64,000 nt of DNA from the NCBI GenBank assembly GCA_024137785.1, contig JAHRHZ010000074.1, positions 3,868,183-3,932,182 on the forward strand, read 5' to 3'. The notes beneath the pieces are model-generated. The model saw only the letters and a list, made by a program, of their open reading frames with translations. It had not been told where the DNA came from and did not search any database. This document shows, one piece after another, positions 1-12,995 of the stretch. Made by a program: the position numbers and the translations under genes. The stretch is from Ginglymostoma cirratum. Lineage: Eukaryota. Position 1 is the stretch's first letter; the number at the start of each line of letters is the position of its first letter.

Positions 1-198
1 TATGATTATACTAGTTTGTTACATACTTTTCCAGAAAGAACTTTTCTTAATTGCATATGCTATTATTTTCTTTCAGAATGCTAATTTGCCTTTTATTTGT
101 AAATCTAGAAAAACAGGTCTACAAAATATAAATAATTATGTTGCTAATGCTGAATGCTTGCACTGGATCAGCCTCATGTTCTTTCATATCTCCCTCAG

Positions 199-356
199 AT
201 TTATGACACACAAGATTTTCAGAAAAGACTGAGAGAGGACAGCTTGCTTCGCTTGCCCGAGTTTATAATCAAGCCAAGGTCCCACACTGTCTGGGAGAAA
301 CAGAATGTGAAGTTGCACTGCACCGTCTCAGGCTGGCCTGTGCCTCGAGTTACATG
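199..356 (+). CDS. MYOM1: MYOM1 exon: end of My1 / start of Ig My2
   Basis: ctcag|ATT...ACA TG|gtaaat; IYDTQDFQKRLREDSLLRLPEFIIKPRSHTVWEKQNVKLHCTVSGWPVPRVT(W). Confidence 0.92.
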
Positions 357-535
357 GTAAATAAAGACCTCTATTATGTTCGTACAATATATTAACGCCT
401 TCCCCAGCAGTCTTGCTTGTTTACCAAAACAAGATAAAATGCTATTTATGGAAAGTAAAACAGTGAACTCTACCTTTTCTTTTCAAATACATTCTTAAGG
501 TAATGTGTACTTAAAAGAAGACCTTCAGACTAAGC

Positions 536-558
536 GGAGATAAAAGGTACTGCAGATG
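536..558 (-). mobile_element. 23-bp 3' stub of Penelope-like terminus with 13-bp TSD
   Basis: Reverse complement CATCTGCAGTACCTTTTATCTCC matches 19495-19516; flanked by CTTCAGACTAAGC at 523-535 and 559-571. Confidence 0.7.
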
Positions 559-579
559 CTTCAGACTAAGCATTGTAAA

Positions 580-1178
580 GTGCCACACAAATGCCAAGCA
601 ATGACCGTCTCCAATCAGATACACTCTGACCACAGTCCCTTGACATTCAACGTTGTTACCACCACTGAATACCATACTAATCTATGTCCTTGGAATTACT
701 ATTAATCAGAAACTGAACCAGACACACCGTATAAATACGGTGACTACAAGAGGAGGTCAGAGTATGGAAACACTGCAGCGAGTAACTCACCTCCTGAATC
801 GTAAAGCCTGCCCACCATTGACAAGGCACAAGTCAGGAATGTGATGGAATACTCGCTACTTGCCAGTATTATTGCACCTTTAACAACACTCATCAAGCTT
901 GATAGCATCCAGGAAAAAGCGGCATGCTTGATTGTCACCATATCCACAAATATTCAGTCATTCTACCATTGATATTCAGTAGCAGCACTGTGTACTAGCT
1001 ATAGGATGCACTGAAGAAATTCACCAAATATCCTCAGACAGCAACTTCCAAACCACAATCAATTCCATCTAAAAGGACAAGGGCAGCAGATACATGGGAA
1101 CACCACCCTACCACCACATAACATCACCATTGCAAGGTCCTCCCCAAACCATTCACCATCCTGACTAGAAAATATGTG
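580..1178 (+). mobile_element. Decayed non-LTR retrotransposon (CR1/L2-group) ORF2 3' part
   Basis: Frameshifted RT C-terminal-like peptides (VLGITINQKLN...HINTV, KAQVRNVMEYSLLA, KLDSIQEKAACLI); shares GCAGATACATGGGAACA with copies at ~13250 (-) and ~63430 (+). Confidence 0.75.
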
Positions 1179-1844
1179 TAACACTGTGGATCACCAAATC
1201 TCATTAACACTCTGTATTCTTTGCAAGGGATTTTAATTCTTAAAGTAGAGCTTTGGAACTCCAAAACCACTCAATCATAGATTGCCTTAATGAATGCTCA
1301 CATAATAGTAATTCAATATCTTCCATGGGATAGCATTGCAGTGGTTTCCCAATGCCACATTCCAGCACCTACTCACGTGCACAGTTCCAGTTCATTTGCA
1401 GAACGCTAGCTTCACTAAGCTGATGCCTTTAGGATTTCTCTGAGCTTCAATATTTCTTTGTTGTACCAAGAAAATACCGCTCATGGTTTTCCTTCTCCTA
1501 CACTCTCAGTCTCACTGAACAGTGGCTTTCAGAGACTTCTTCTACCCTAACTGCCTGGAATTTGTTGACAGCAGCATATGTGCTGTCTGAAATGTCTTTG
1601 CTTTAGCACTCCTGTAGCTTCAAACTGTAAGTAACCTCACCCAGCTCAAAATTTTTCCTATCATCCCTACACACAGATGAATTGAAACCACAGAACCTTC
1701 TTAAGATCTATCCAAATCCAAGATGACACAACCTCCTCTGAGCTATCATTATCACTCCCTTTGTCTTTTGCTCTGGCAGCCTTACAATTTGTTTCAATTG
1801 CTTCTCCTTCCCCTCTCACAGCAGCCTAAAAAACAAAATTTTCC

Positions 1845-1960
1845 AGCTCATTTCAGTTCTGAATAATCGTTCTTCTGGACTCAAAACAGTAACTTTTCTC
1901 TTTCTCCAAAAACAATGCCAGACCCACTCAGTTTCTCCAGCACTTTCTGTTTTTATTTTG
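1845..1960 (+). mobile_element. Degenerate Penelope-like terminus
   Basis: cagttctgaat...aact...tgccagacccactcagtttctccagcactttctgtttt, homologous to 52620-52730. Confidence 0.6.
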
Positions 1961-2572
1961 AAAGTCTATTTGTTTTAAATGTTCTGGCAAACACTAAATT
2001 CCAACTTTCAAAACAGCATCACTTTCCTAGCTGTTAGCCTCTTTAAGCGACATAGCACGAATTGTATAAATGAACTACAAGGTGTTCTAGTTGCATCTAT
2101 CTTACCTTCTACTGTTAAACTTTAATTCCTAAAACTAAAAAAAAGTCTGAAACACATGAACCACAAATTAGATATTTGCAACAATGGCAAGAATACGCGT
2201 TTGCACCTGTTAAATTCTGAGTGACTAAATCATTTTATCTACTTTGTAAAAGTTTTCCAACCTTCAACTCAGGTTCTTATCAAATTACAGTAATAAACTA
2301 TTTAGTATATCTATAGTACCAGTTACAATCTTGCCCATAACTCGCTTCTCCACTTTTAATGGAAGTTTTACATCATCTGTTTAATTTATGAAACAGAGGG
2401 AAGGTACTCGTTTTCTAATTTAAAAAGGTCCTCTGCTATTAATTGAAAATTTCCATTTAGATCATTAATAGGCCAAAATTTTCATCAGCAAAGCACTTAA
2501 AAATTAAATTTTAACAAAATGTTTCAAATTTAGTTTATTGATGCATGCTAACCTTTTCCTGTAACCTCTCTT

Positions 2573-2893
2573 AGAATTCCTACAGTGTGGAATCAGGCCA
2601 TTTGGCCCATTGAGTCCACACTGCCCCTCTGAACTGCATCCCTAGTCCATCCCTGTAACTCATTTCCCATGGCTAATCCACCTAGTCTGCACATCCCAGG
2701 ACACTGTGGGCAATTTAGCATGGCCAACCTACCTAACCTGTTCACCTTTGGACTGAGGCAGGAAATTGGAGCACCCAGAGGAAACCCACACAGACATGGG
2801 GAGAATATGCAGACTTCGCACAGGCAGCTGGCTGAGACTGAAACCGAACCTAGGCCCCTGGTGCTGTTACACAGCAGTGCTAACCACTGACCC
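2573..2893 (-). mobile_element. tRNA-derived V-SINE (HE1-like)
   Basis: Reverse-complement homolog of 3093-3367 and 26851-27208 (gaggaaacccacacagacatggggagaatatgcagact). Confidence 0.8.
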
Positions 2894-3092
2894 ACTGGCC
2901 ATCCACTTTGGCCTGGATTTAATGCAGCTCACCAATTTAGAAACCTTGGCTGCCAAGCCCACTTATTTATGGGAGAAGCCCAGTTTCAGTTTCCAAGTAG
3001 CAGAAAATTCATCCACCCCGCATAGCATCCCTGATTTGGGGGTGCTAGAGGGACTGATGTGCTGTTCCTGAACTAGGTCTAGGAGCTAGGCA

Positions 3093-3367
3093 ACTGAGCA
3101 GCATGGTGGTTCAGTGATCAGCACTGCTGCCTCACAGTGCCAGGGACCGAGTTTCACCCCAGCCTTCGTTGACTGTCTGTGTGGAGTTTGCACATTCTCC
3201 CTGTGTCGGTGTGGGTTTCCTTCTACAGTGCAAAGATCTGCAGGTTGGGTGGTTTGGCTATGGGAAATACAGGAATGGGTAGGGGGTGAGTCTGGGTGGG
3301 ATGCTCTTGGGAGAGTTGGTGTGGACTTGTTGGGCCAAATGGCCTGTTTCCACACTGTAGGAATTCT
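3093..3367 (+). mobile_element. tRNA-derived V-SINE (HE1-like), internally deleted
   Basis: gcatggtggttcagtgatcagcactgctgcctcacagtgccagggacc head; gactgtctgtgtggagtttgcacattctccc core; tail ccacactgtaggaattct. Confidence 0.8.
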
Positions 3368-3780
3368 GTAAAAGGAAAACATGACTGCAAATAATGGAAT
3401 GCATAACACACCTTCTGGAAAAGGTTTGGTTGTTTCCCATTTTCATATGCAACCTGAGCTATCCCTTATTATCTGTCAGATTAAATTATGCACCAGTGTT
3501 GACTAAAATCTGTTTCGATGTGACTTCAGAATATTGCAGATAGGATTTAATAGAAAGCCAGGAGGAAACATTTCTTGATGAAACCATGCTGCTGAACAGT
3601 ACTGGCGAACGTCTTAGTTTGACCTGTTTTGAGCAATTAGTGTTGATGTGCCTTTTAGTTTTGAATTCATTATGTATTACCTGCATACATGATGCTCATG
3701 ACTGGAAAAAAAATCAGATTTTCTCCTGTTTTACACAACTATATTTACATTTGTAATGCCCATTTTATTTTAATACTTAG

Positions 3781-3873
3781 GTACAAGAACAACGTGACCA
3801 TCAATGTCCACACTGATCCTGGGAAATACATCATCGACAGTAAATACGGTGTTCATTCCTTGGAAATTAACAA
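3781..3873 (+). CDS. MYOM1: MYOM1 exon: Ig My2
   Basis: cttag|G TAC...AAC AA|gtgaga; YKNNVTINVHTDPGKYIIDSKYGVHSLEIN. Confidence 0.94.
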
Positions 3874-3957
3874 GTGAGAAGCTATTTCCTTTCTTCAGTC
3901 TTAAATTAATTAGTTTGAGTAATCAGTTTCTGTTAAAAGAAGGAATAATATTCGCGA

Positions 3958-4050
3958 CCCTGAGGAAGGGTTATACCCAAAACGTATACCCAAAACTTTC
4001 ACTCAGATGCTGCCTGGCTTGTTGTGTTCTTCCAGCCACCTGTTTGTTTA
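3958..4050 (+). mobile_element. Penelope-like terminus with mutated hammerhead core
   Basis: CTGAGGA-A-GGGT-TAT-ACCC-AAAACGT then gatgctgcctggcttgttgtgttcttccagc. Confidence 0.55.
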
Positions 4051-7000
4051 CCAAGAAATAATATTGGCAGTGTGAATTGTGATTCAATTATGCCTGCAGA
4101 GTGACTCAGACATTAATAATTGTGGAAAATTAAGGAAACACGCGTACATTATCAGTCAGTTATTTTGTTTGCAGAGTCCTAACACTTATACGTGTTAAAA
4201 ATTTCATGATATTGCACAATTTGTCATGGACGTTATTAGCTGGGATTGATGGCTTGAGACAGTCATTCTTTTTTCTCTATCTTCCTGTCTTTCTCAATTA
4301 CACATACCAAAGAATGGACTAGAATCTGCTGTAGCAAAGTATTTAACATTGACTGTCATGAGTTAAATTTGCCCCAGACAATTGCCAAATGATATCTCAT
4401 CACTACCTCATGAGAATTTCGCCACGCCACTTGTGAAAAGCAAAAATAGGTTGAGTGAGGTGATCTCGATGTCAAGATGTACCATGCCACATTTGTCTCC
4501 CAATTCTGCTACACATCTCACCATGGCCCATGTCACTCAGATCCCTATAAGATTGTGCAATAAATTTTAAAGTAAAGTCAGGCTAAAAGTTATTGTCAAT
4601 TATAATATGGACCAAATAATTATAACTATACTGCTTTATTATTAACTTTTGAATAAGAATTTGAATGCACATAGTATGTTGCAGTATTGCACATTGAAAG
4701 CAAAGAGAGAAATGGTAAATTTATGGCGCAGAAGAATGCCCTTCAGTCCATCACGTCCATGCAAAGTGTAAAAGAGCTATCCAGCCAAGTTTACATTCTA
4801 GTTCGTGGGCAGTAGCCCTAGTATATTTCCAATTTTTCATTTTTTTAAAATGCTATGATAGTTTTTTTTGTCTCTACAAATGTTCCAGGCAGTGTGTTCC
4901 AAACCCTAATCAACCTCTGGGGTGAAAATAAAACTCTTCGATTACCTCTGATCCTTCTATAAATCTACGCTGGCTAGTTATTGACCTCTGTTCATGATAG
5001 CCCAAATACTCCCCTTCAAAAATAAGTCAATTATGAATATTTGTGTGACTCCATGGAAAGGATCCGTAGAAAGTGAACAAATTTGATGCTAACTATTATA
5101 CAGAAAGAAGCATATTCAATTCTTTAGTATTGGTGTAAAATAACTAAACATAATTGTATCTTGCTAGAATAGGATAATATTATCTGTACCATGACTCCAA
5201 TCTTCCAGTTGCTGTGCTTAACAGCTGGTAGAATATGGGCTCTTGGTATATTTATAATTGATGAAAGACCTGTTAAGCTTCTTTATGTTTCAAAACTAAT
5301 GTAGATCTTCAACCCTGTGTGCTCCCAGACTCCAAACTTTGACAGCAGTTGAAAGGAAATGTTTGAAAGTCCTACCCATTCCGTCTTTTGAGCAAGTACT
5401 GTGTGAAAGTACATCACACTGAATAGCCAAACCATTTCTGACATTATAAAAATGCAGTCCATTAGTTGAAAAATGAAATATTTCTGAACTGGATACCTCA
5501 GTGAATACAAAAGCACAAGATATATCATCATATATATATAATGTATCATTAGATGACTTAAATTAAAAATCATGAGATTTCTTCACTCTGTGTTCATTGT
5601 CTGGTGGCTGGAAAATCATGGAAATGGCAACCATTGTGAAAATTTGACAGGCAGACAAATCCTGATGAATGCTTGGTGCTCTAGAAGTAAATCTATTCAC
5701 TGTGTAGCATTGCCCAATATTGTAATTTGTTCATTCATACTGGCACATTCCAAGCGGAACTTAATTAGAACTACTAAGCTACTGTTTTACAGTCAGTTGG
5801 AGCAGGAATCCATTATCACCAGTTTATAAATAGCTGAATGTTACCATTGAAACTACAAAACAGTGTGATTGATCATAGTGCTGCCTTCTGATTAAGTCAA
5901 TGCCTATTCAGCTGTAAAGTTCCTACATTTAAATATGTTCACTGATTTCCTTTAGTTCTTTTTATATTGTTCCTTATTGCATCTTTGTTGATACTATTGT
6001 TTGTTTTACTCCTGTTCAATTAACCTGTATTTATACAACCCCAAATTACCTTTGAAACATTGATACGATTATAAGGAAACATAATAGCCAATTTGTACAG
6101 AGAGGACCCTCAAACAGGAGTGTGGTAAATAAGTAAATAATCTATTTTAGCAATGTTGGTTGAAGAATAACTTGGTTCAGACACTAGATCAACTTTGTTC
6201 ATGCTCTTTACAGAGTGATATAATTCTTTATTTAAATGTGAAAGGATAAGAGGGAGCCATTTCATTGGAAAGGTAGCACGTCTGATATTACATCACTCCC
6301 TCAGCACTGCACTGAAATGTTGGCTTAGATTATGTGCTGATGTCTTAGAACTGGAAAGTTGAGAATGCTTCTGGAATCCAATGCTGACCCAAGAAAAGTT
6401 ATGCTACTGCAGTTACATTTCTTAAGTTTATTGCCTCTGATTTTTTTCTCCCTATCTCTTGCATGCTGCCGACAATAATTCACCTACAATGGCTTTCTGG
6501 TTTCTTTGTTAATGCAACACCAATTTCTACAACAAGCCCACAGAAAATTTTCAATGGGAAAATGCAGATTTTATCCAGCCATCAGGGTCATGAAGGAACA
6601 AGGACTCTGTATACATGCTTTCAAATAAGAAATATTAGAAACAATAGTGCAGGTAACAGAAATTCACATAAAGTATCCAGCAGCAAGTATCCATGGGAAT
6701 ATATTCAGGGATTCTTTGCAAATGACAAATAATCAATTCAGCAGATAACACATATTAAGTGGAAGCTGAACACAGAGTTCCATTCATAGAGTCTATTCAG
6801 TTCAATTATAATGCCCTGACACTGACAACTAACTCAACAGAGCAAAAGTTCAACTTTAAAAATAGGCAGTGCATTAGCTGGGCTAAGTGAACCAGATTTT
6901 TTTCTAGAAATTAAATATAATCAAAGTTTTAGAATTTACTTTTCTTAGACGTAGCAAATAGACTGATTAGAAGCCAGCCAGGCACCACCAGTTAAGCAAT

Positions 7001-7153
7001 CGTATCTCTACATGGAGTTGGTATCATCTGAAGAGGAGAAAAGGGAAGAAATGAGCAAATTTTAAAAAGTTTAATGTAGTTTAATCTTTGCAAAATTATC
7101 TATTTAGCATTGTTTTCCTTTTTGTCTAATTCTGGCATCTGGTTTCATTTCAG

Positions 7154-7242
7154 TTGCGACTTTGATGACACTGCTCAGTATCGTGCCTCAGCCATGAATG
7201 CAAAAGGAGAAATTTCAGCTTTTGCATCAATTGTTGTGAAAA
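7154..7242 (+). CDS. MYOM1: MYOM1 exon: end of Ig My2
   Basis: ttcag|T TGC...AAA A|gtatgt; CDFDDTAQYRASAMNAKGEISAFASIVVK (not in ORF track). Confidence 0.94.
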
Positions 7243-7346
7243 GTATGTTCACAAAATAAAATTTTCATGTGAATCTGTTTTAGTTGCTTGAAAAGTTTTG
7301 TAGCGAATTGGACAGGTACATCCCATCTGTTTCTCATTTATTCCAG

Positions 7347-7406
7347 GATTCAAGGCAGAGCATGGTGATCTCTCATTCCACCATGGAAGAATTGCACCTC
7401 CTTCAT
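7347..7406 (+). CDS. MYOM1: MYOM1 exon: My2-My3 linker
   Basis: tccag|GA TTC AAG...TCA T|gtaggt; (R)FKAEHGDLSFHHGRIAPPS; phase 1-1 fits both neighbours; follows a 104-nt intron. Confidence 0.82.
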
Positions 7407-7702
7407 GTAGGTATCATGGTCATTTGGATGACCAACTTTATTAAAGATTTCTACCCTTGGTTGAAAAAGACTTAGACTTTGGTAATGATTCCAAGATTAT
7501 TTCTCCTCTGTATTGACATGCACAAAATTTCTTCCGTGACCTGTAGATTTTAAAACGTAAAACTTTGTATTAACTGATATAGTTTTAAATGGTCTTCTGC
7601 TGTCTTCAAGTTTCTCGATACTTCTTTACCTAGCTTTCTCAACTAAATCTAACACTGCAATCTGTTTGTAATGAATTTTCTGGATGCTGACACAGGGCAA
7701 TT

Positions 7703-8227
7703 TCTGAAACAAAAACAGAAGTTATTGGAGAAGTTCAGCAGGTCTGGCAGCATTTGTGGAGAGTGAAACAGAGTTAGTATTTCAATTCCAGTGACCCTTA
7801 TTCAGAACCGATAGTGTCTAAGAAAAAGTGGTATTTTTGCTGATGACAGGGTTGGGAGGGAGAATGAGTGAGCAGATAGGCGGAGATGAGGCCTAGAGAG
7901 AGAGAGAGAGAGAGAGAATGGAAATAAATTAGTCAAAAATAGGGGACTGTTGACAGTAAATCAGGGAAGAAGAAAAGTTAGATAGATGACAAAAGGGTCT
8001 CTGAGAAGGGGAAAATGGGTGGGCTGTACTGAAAGCAACCCATGTTGTGACAGGTCCTTGGGTGTGGGGATAGATAAAAGACATGGAAAGAGGTGTTCAG
8101 GCTCTAAAAATATTGAATTTGACATTGAGTCCTGACAGCTGTAAGGTCCAAAGCAGAAAATGAAACGCAGTTCTTCCAGCTTGCACTAAGCCTCACTGGA
8201 GCAGTGCAGCAGGCCAAAGACAGGCCT
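7703..8227 (-). mobile_element. 5'-truncated Penelope-like element (GIY-YIG C-terminus plus terminus)
   Basis: Minus-strand VFGLLHCSSEA*CKLEELRFIF resembles the C-terminus encoded at 54550-54660; terminus at 7703-7810; GGGCAATT direct repeat at 7695-7702 and 8228-8235; internal (GA)n at ~7895-7917. Confidence 0.72.
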
Positions 8228-10787
8228 GGGCAATTCTGGATTGATTAGGTAGCTAGGTAGAATATGTAGAATACAATCAACATAACTAACTAAAGGACTT
8301 GAACAGAAAAATAGAAAGCATTACAGGCTGCAGATTATGAAATTAGAAATTGACTGTGAATTTCACGTAATTGAAACAAAAGCTTAGTCTAAAATAAATC
8401 TTTAAAGCACATTAGACAATTACACAAGACAACTTTGAAAGAAAGCTAGCAGGAAAGAATTAGCAATACCAAGGCAGAGTTTCCTCGAATAAGGATTAAG
8501 GAAAATAAATTAATGATGCGTACCTGAATCGCAAACATGTTTTGATAGTAAAGCACTGCCAGACAATTAGATTTTTAAAGAGGACTGTGTTTAGATGTTT
8601 TGGAAAGTTGGCTTTGTAGAACTGTTGAACTTGAAATAGACAAAGTAAGTCAATATTACAGAATTGAATGTTTGGGCTGAGGTTTTACCATTTTCAAGGC
8701 CAGTGTGGGAGTGGATATGTTAGATATTGACTTAATCATCACCCACTCAGAAAGCTCACCAGGTCACCAACTTATTAAGAACTGACAGATGAATTTTGGT
8801 GAGATTTCTGGCCTTTCACAGGCTTCGACACTGCTATCATATCTCACCAGAAGCTAATGAAAAATCAAGGGTGGGTAGCCTCTAGGTCCTAAAGACCATT
8901 TTTTTTTTAGGACATACTCTTCAGGGCATCCAAAAGCAAAACGGTAGATCTTTTTCTTCTGTTCCTCATGGATAGGGTGGAAGGTGATCACAGGAATAAG
9001 GGAGTCATGGAAATTGAAGGCAAGGGCAGGGATTTGGATCAAAGGCTGTTCCCTTCAACTTCATCTGTGCATGTGCTTGGCCCCAGATTATTGGCAATTG
9101 GAAGCCCTCCCTGAACCCAGCCCCAGTTCAGTTACCAGATAGGAAGCTGCTACTTTTCCTACTTGTCTGAAGGGTTGGTCATTGGAGAGGAGATGAACTG
9201 AGACTCTTAATTACCTATTACTTGACTATTTAAGGGTCTTAATCATTAACAAATTGAGAAAGTACCCAATGGACCTTCTTATGTAGCAATTAACTGGTAA
9301 GGTGGTAGCAGAAGGTTAGTAACTCTCTGGGGTGCTACTCACCCAATCATTTCCTCTTCTCACCACCTCTAGTTCCACCTTTACCTTCTATTTTTGAAAA
9401 TATATAGACGTTCCTGAGGCCAATATAAAGGGTTTCCTTAGCCTTACTTTGCCAGTTCTAAATAATAAACAGATTGAAAATCTAAGTCTTTGGCTAGGAT
9501 TTTCTTCTCCCTCAATGTCGCAGGGAAGGTGGCAGGAAGGTCAAATAATTGGGTGGTACCTTCCCATGTCAGAAATTAAGTTTGAAGCAAGAAGGTCCAT
9601 GGTCAACCTTCCCAACCACTTGATGCCTCATGCCACTTAGATTACAATCCCTTCAATACCAGGCTAGATGAGATCAAGTCACCTCCCTGACTGGTATAAC
9701 ACTCCAGGTAGTTTGGGTGGCTGGGATTCCTTTGATCTGAACTCAATTATACAAGATTGAGGGACTCAACATACAGTGGGGTCGGGGAGCCGTGGCCTAC
9801 TGAGAACCAACCCATGCCCTTAGTTCTGTCAATCCTACCCTCTGTCCCAGATACCCTATAGCCCAGAAACCACCAAGGCTGCCCTTCACCAAACAATATT
9901 GACCTGTCTCACTGCTGGTCCTCCATCTGGGACTCTGGCCAGCGTTGTTTTTCCAGTAGTCATAGCCATCATACTGCTGGTTTCTGATTGGCTGACGACT
10001 CCAGGTAGGTAGGACCTCCCCAGCCAAATTCTTCAACAGTTTCTGTTTTTATTTTGGAGATTGTTTTAACTCAGTACATTCACAGCTGAATTTTTAACAT
10101 GATGAAAATATTATCATTATAGTTTAATTTATTATAGAGTCTAATGGTGTTATATTATATTTTATTTACTTTTATTATATCAGCATTTACTGTACAATGT
10201 TATACTGTATTACATTTACAGCTGGGATTAATGTGGGTCTCTTTTCTGTTCAATGACATATTATCAAAATTCAGATATCTTGCATGCATGGATTTGTATT
10301 TAGCTAAATCAACTAAAATAGAAAAGTGACAAATTTATAAATAATACCTCACGCCAAAATTAATTTGGGCACTTTCTGTTAATGAGTGCATAACTCCCCA
10401 TAATAAATAAGTGATCAATCTGACTCATTACTAATAGAACTAGTGGTTTACTTGATAGTTCTTAAATGTGCTCATGCCACATTGCTGCAATTGGTTCTAA
10501 CCTCAGCCTTGCTAACTCACTGCAGTAACTGCCAAAGACTGTGAGAATGGAAAATAAACCTAAAAATATATCCCACATTGGATAGATCTGGCAAACCCTG
10601 TACCCAATCGCAAACCTTCCAAAGTCAATAATCATAGCTGAAGAATGCTAATCACTAGCTCTTTGCCAAATATCCTAGTTCCAAGTAATTAACAGCTACT
10701 CTCAAGAATTACTTGCGAGAGAAAGAAACACAACAGTGAAAGAAAAACGTCAAAAAAAACTAAGAAGACTTTTTTCTTTCCAAACAG

Positions 10788-10952
10788 ATGACTATTTCCC
10801 TGGTGACCCTCATATGAAGTTTGAAGTGCACTTTGTTGATAAGTTCGATGTATCATTTGGGAAGGAAGGTGACACAATGAGTTTGGGTTGCACTGTCATC
10901 GTTCACCCTAACCTAAAGCGATTCCAACCTGAGATCCAGTGGTGGCGCAATG
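10788..10952 (+). CDS. MYOM1: MYOM1 exon: Ig My3, first half
   Basis: aacag|AT GAC...AAT G|gtaagt; KFEVHFVDKFDVSFGKEGDTMSLGCTVIVHPNLKRFQPEIQWWRN. Confidence 0.93.
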
Positions 10953-11789
10953 GTAAGTGCTTGCTGTGCCTTGGAGAAACCATGATCAGTCGTAGTTGGC
11001 AAGAAACTAAAGACCTAGAGGCTGAAAAAAGGTCCTTAATGATTGTTCCTCCTTCCTAACAGCAGAGAAACTGATTGTATACTATTCCACATGTAATGTT
11101 CTGCTCTGGCTCCATCACCCCATTACCCATTTCAGTATCACACACGTGGGCATCCTTCATGTGTGAGCTTAGATATGAGTGAAATCAAACTTTTAACCTG
11201 TGTGGGATCATGTGATTAAATTAAACACTCTCCTTATCAGAGGATGAATTCCTTGACAGTGCCAAAATTTGATTTTAGTGGACATTATCAATAGAACCTT
11301 CAGGAAATGTGCCAGTTCTGGGAAATTTCTTGCAGCAGGATAGGGGGTAGCCCATCAAACTAATTAAGAGGCAACTCAGCGTCAACTGAAGGAGGCAAAT
11401 TGGGATTGAGTAGTTCCCCAGATTCCTGCGGGCATTGAAGGTCAGTTTAGTTACTTAGAAGTGGCCTCAGTCTAGCAGATTGAGGGTTGGCACTCTAGCC
11501 TGGCTTATAGGCCCTCCCTGCTGCTCTGGGCCCAGCATCATGTGGAGCCCACTGTGGTAAAAGTTCTCTACCAAATGGTAGCCTGGCAATAAAGACTGTT
11601 TTTTAATTTGAGTTTTGAAAAGGTCGGAGAGAGAATACTTCTGTTTTAAAGTACCTTCTCACTTCCCTAAAAGAATATCCTGCCATTGCTTTTTGGAGGG
11701 TGTATGATTGGTCCTTCAGTTTTGACAGCCTGCTCGCTGTTCTTAATTGGACTGAACGGTGATACACTGTGGTATTCCCTAGGGAACCA

Positions 11790-12720
11790 CTCCATCTTAT
11801 GTTATACATAAATAACTTGGATCTTGGAATATACAGTAGAATTTCAAAGTTTGCTGATGATACCAAATTTGGAGGAGTGCAAACAGTGATGTATATGTGA
11901 ACTGCCTGCAAAATATCACTGCAGCATGGGCAGGCGAGAGGCAGGAATGGGATCTAATATAAAGTATTTTGATAGAAGGGATAAGGAAAAGCAATGATCA
12001 ACAGTGGCACATTTCTAAAGAGTGTGCAGGAACAGGAAGACTTAGAAGTGCATGTGCATAAATCTTTGAGCTATTGTTTTTGAAGGTGGTCGGACATATT
12101 GAGAAAGTGATTAGCAAAGTGTATAGAAAACTGGAATTCATAAGTGGAGGCTTGAATAAAAAGCAAGCAGGATATGCTGAACCTTTATAAAGTGCTGGTT
12201 CAGCCTCAAATGGAGTATTGAGTTGAGTGCTGACCAGCCTATTTTAAGAGGGATGTGAGGGTTGTTAAGAGGGTGCAGAATAAATTTATCAGAATGTTTC
12301 GGGTATGGGAGAATTTATTTACAGAATTAGGTAGACGAAGCTGGGATTGTTCACTTTTATGTCACTAAGAAGACTGACGAGCAAATTGATTGAAATGTTC
12401 AAGAATAATACAGGTTTGAATAAGATAGACAAGGAAAAACTGTTTCCATTGGCTGACTCCACAAGGACTGAGGGACACAGATTTAAGATTCTGGGCAGGC
12501 CATGCAGGGGGAATTCACGAAGAGAATGGTGAAGACCTGGAATTCGTTGTTCATAAGTGTGATAGTAGTGAAAATAATCAATGTTAAAAAAAAATGGTTG
12601 ATGACTCAAGGAAAACAAACTTTCAGGATTACAGTATAGAATGGAGGAGTGGGACTGTCTGGATTTCTGTGATGGGGAGCCACCATGGACAGATAATCCA
12701 AATGTGTTATATATGACTCT
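11790..12720 (+). mobile_element. CR1 LINE, decayed RT and 3' end
   Basis: YINNLDLGIYSRISKFADDTKFGG (FADD RT motif) at ~11806-11877, then LYKVLVQPQMEY and TRTEGHRFKI. Confidence 0.85.
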
Positions 12721-12995
12721 GTGAGATATTCATCAGGTCTGACAGCAACCACAGAATGAGAAATAGTTAACATTTTAGGGTCTAGAACTTTCCACAGAAC
12801 TGGAAAAAGTTATTAATAAATTTTGATCAAACGATTAGAGCACTCTTATCGTTTCCTTTCTCTCACTTGCTCTGTTATACAACATAGTGGTTCTCAAAGG
12901 GTTAATATTTGTGTTACATTGGCTCAAACCATTTTAGTGAGATGGCACACTGTCTATGGGTGGCTATTTGATTTCTGTATCCTTGGACTTCCATG

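Noticed and set aside
7407-7412. Alternative donors 4 nt downstream in GTAGGT motifs (7411, 24733, 50686)
   Set aside because: Using them would shift the frame; only the upstream GT fits the phase of the next exon.
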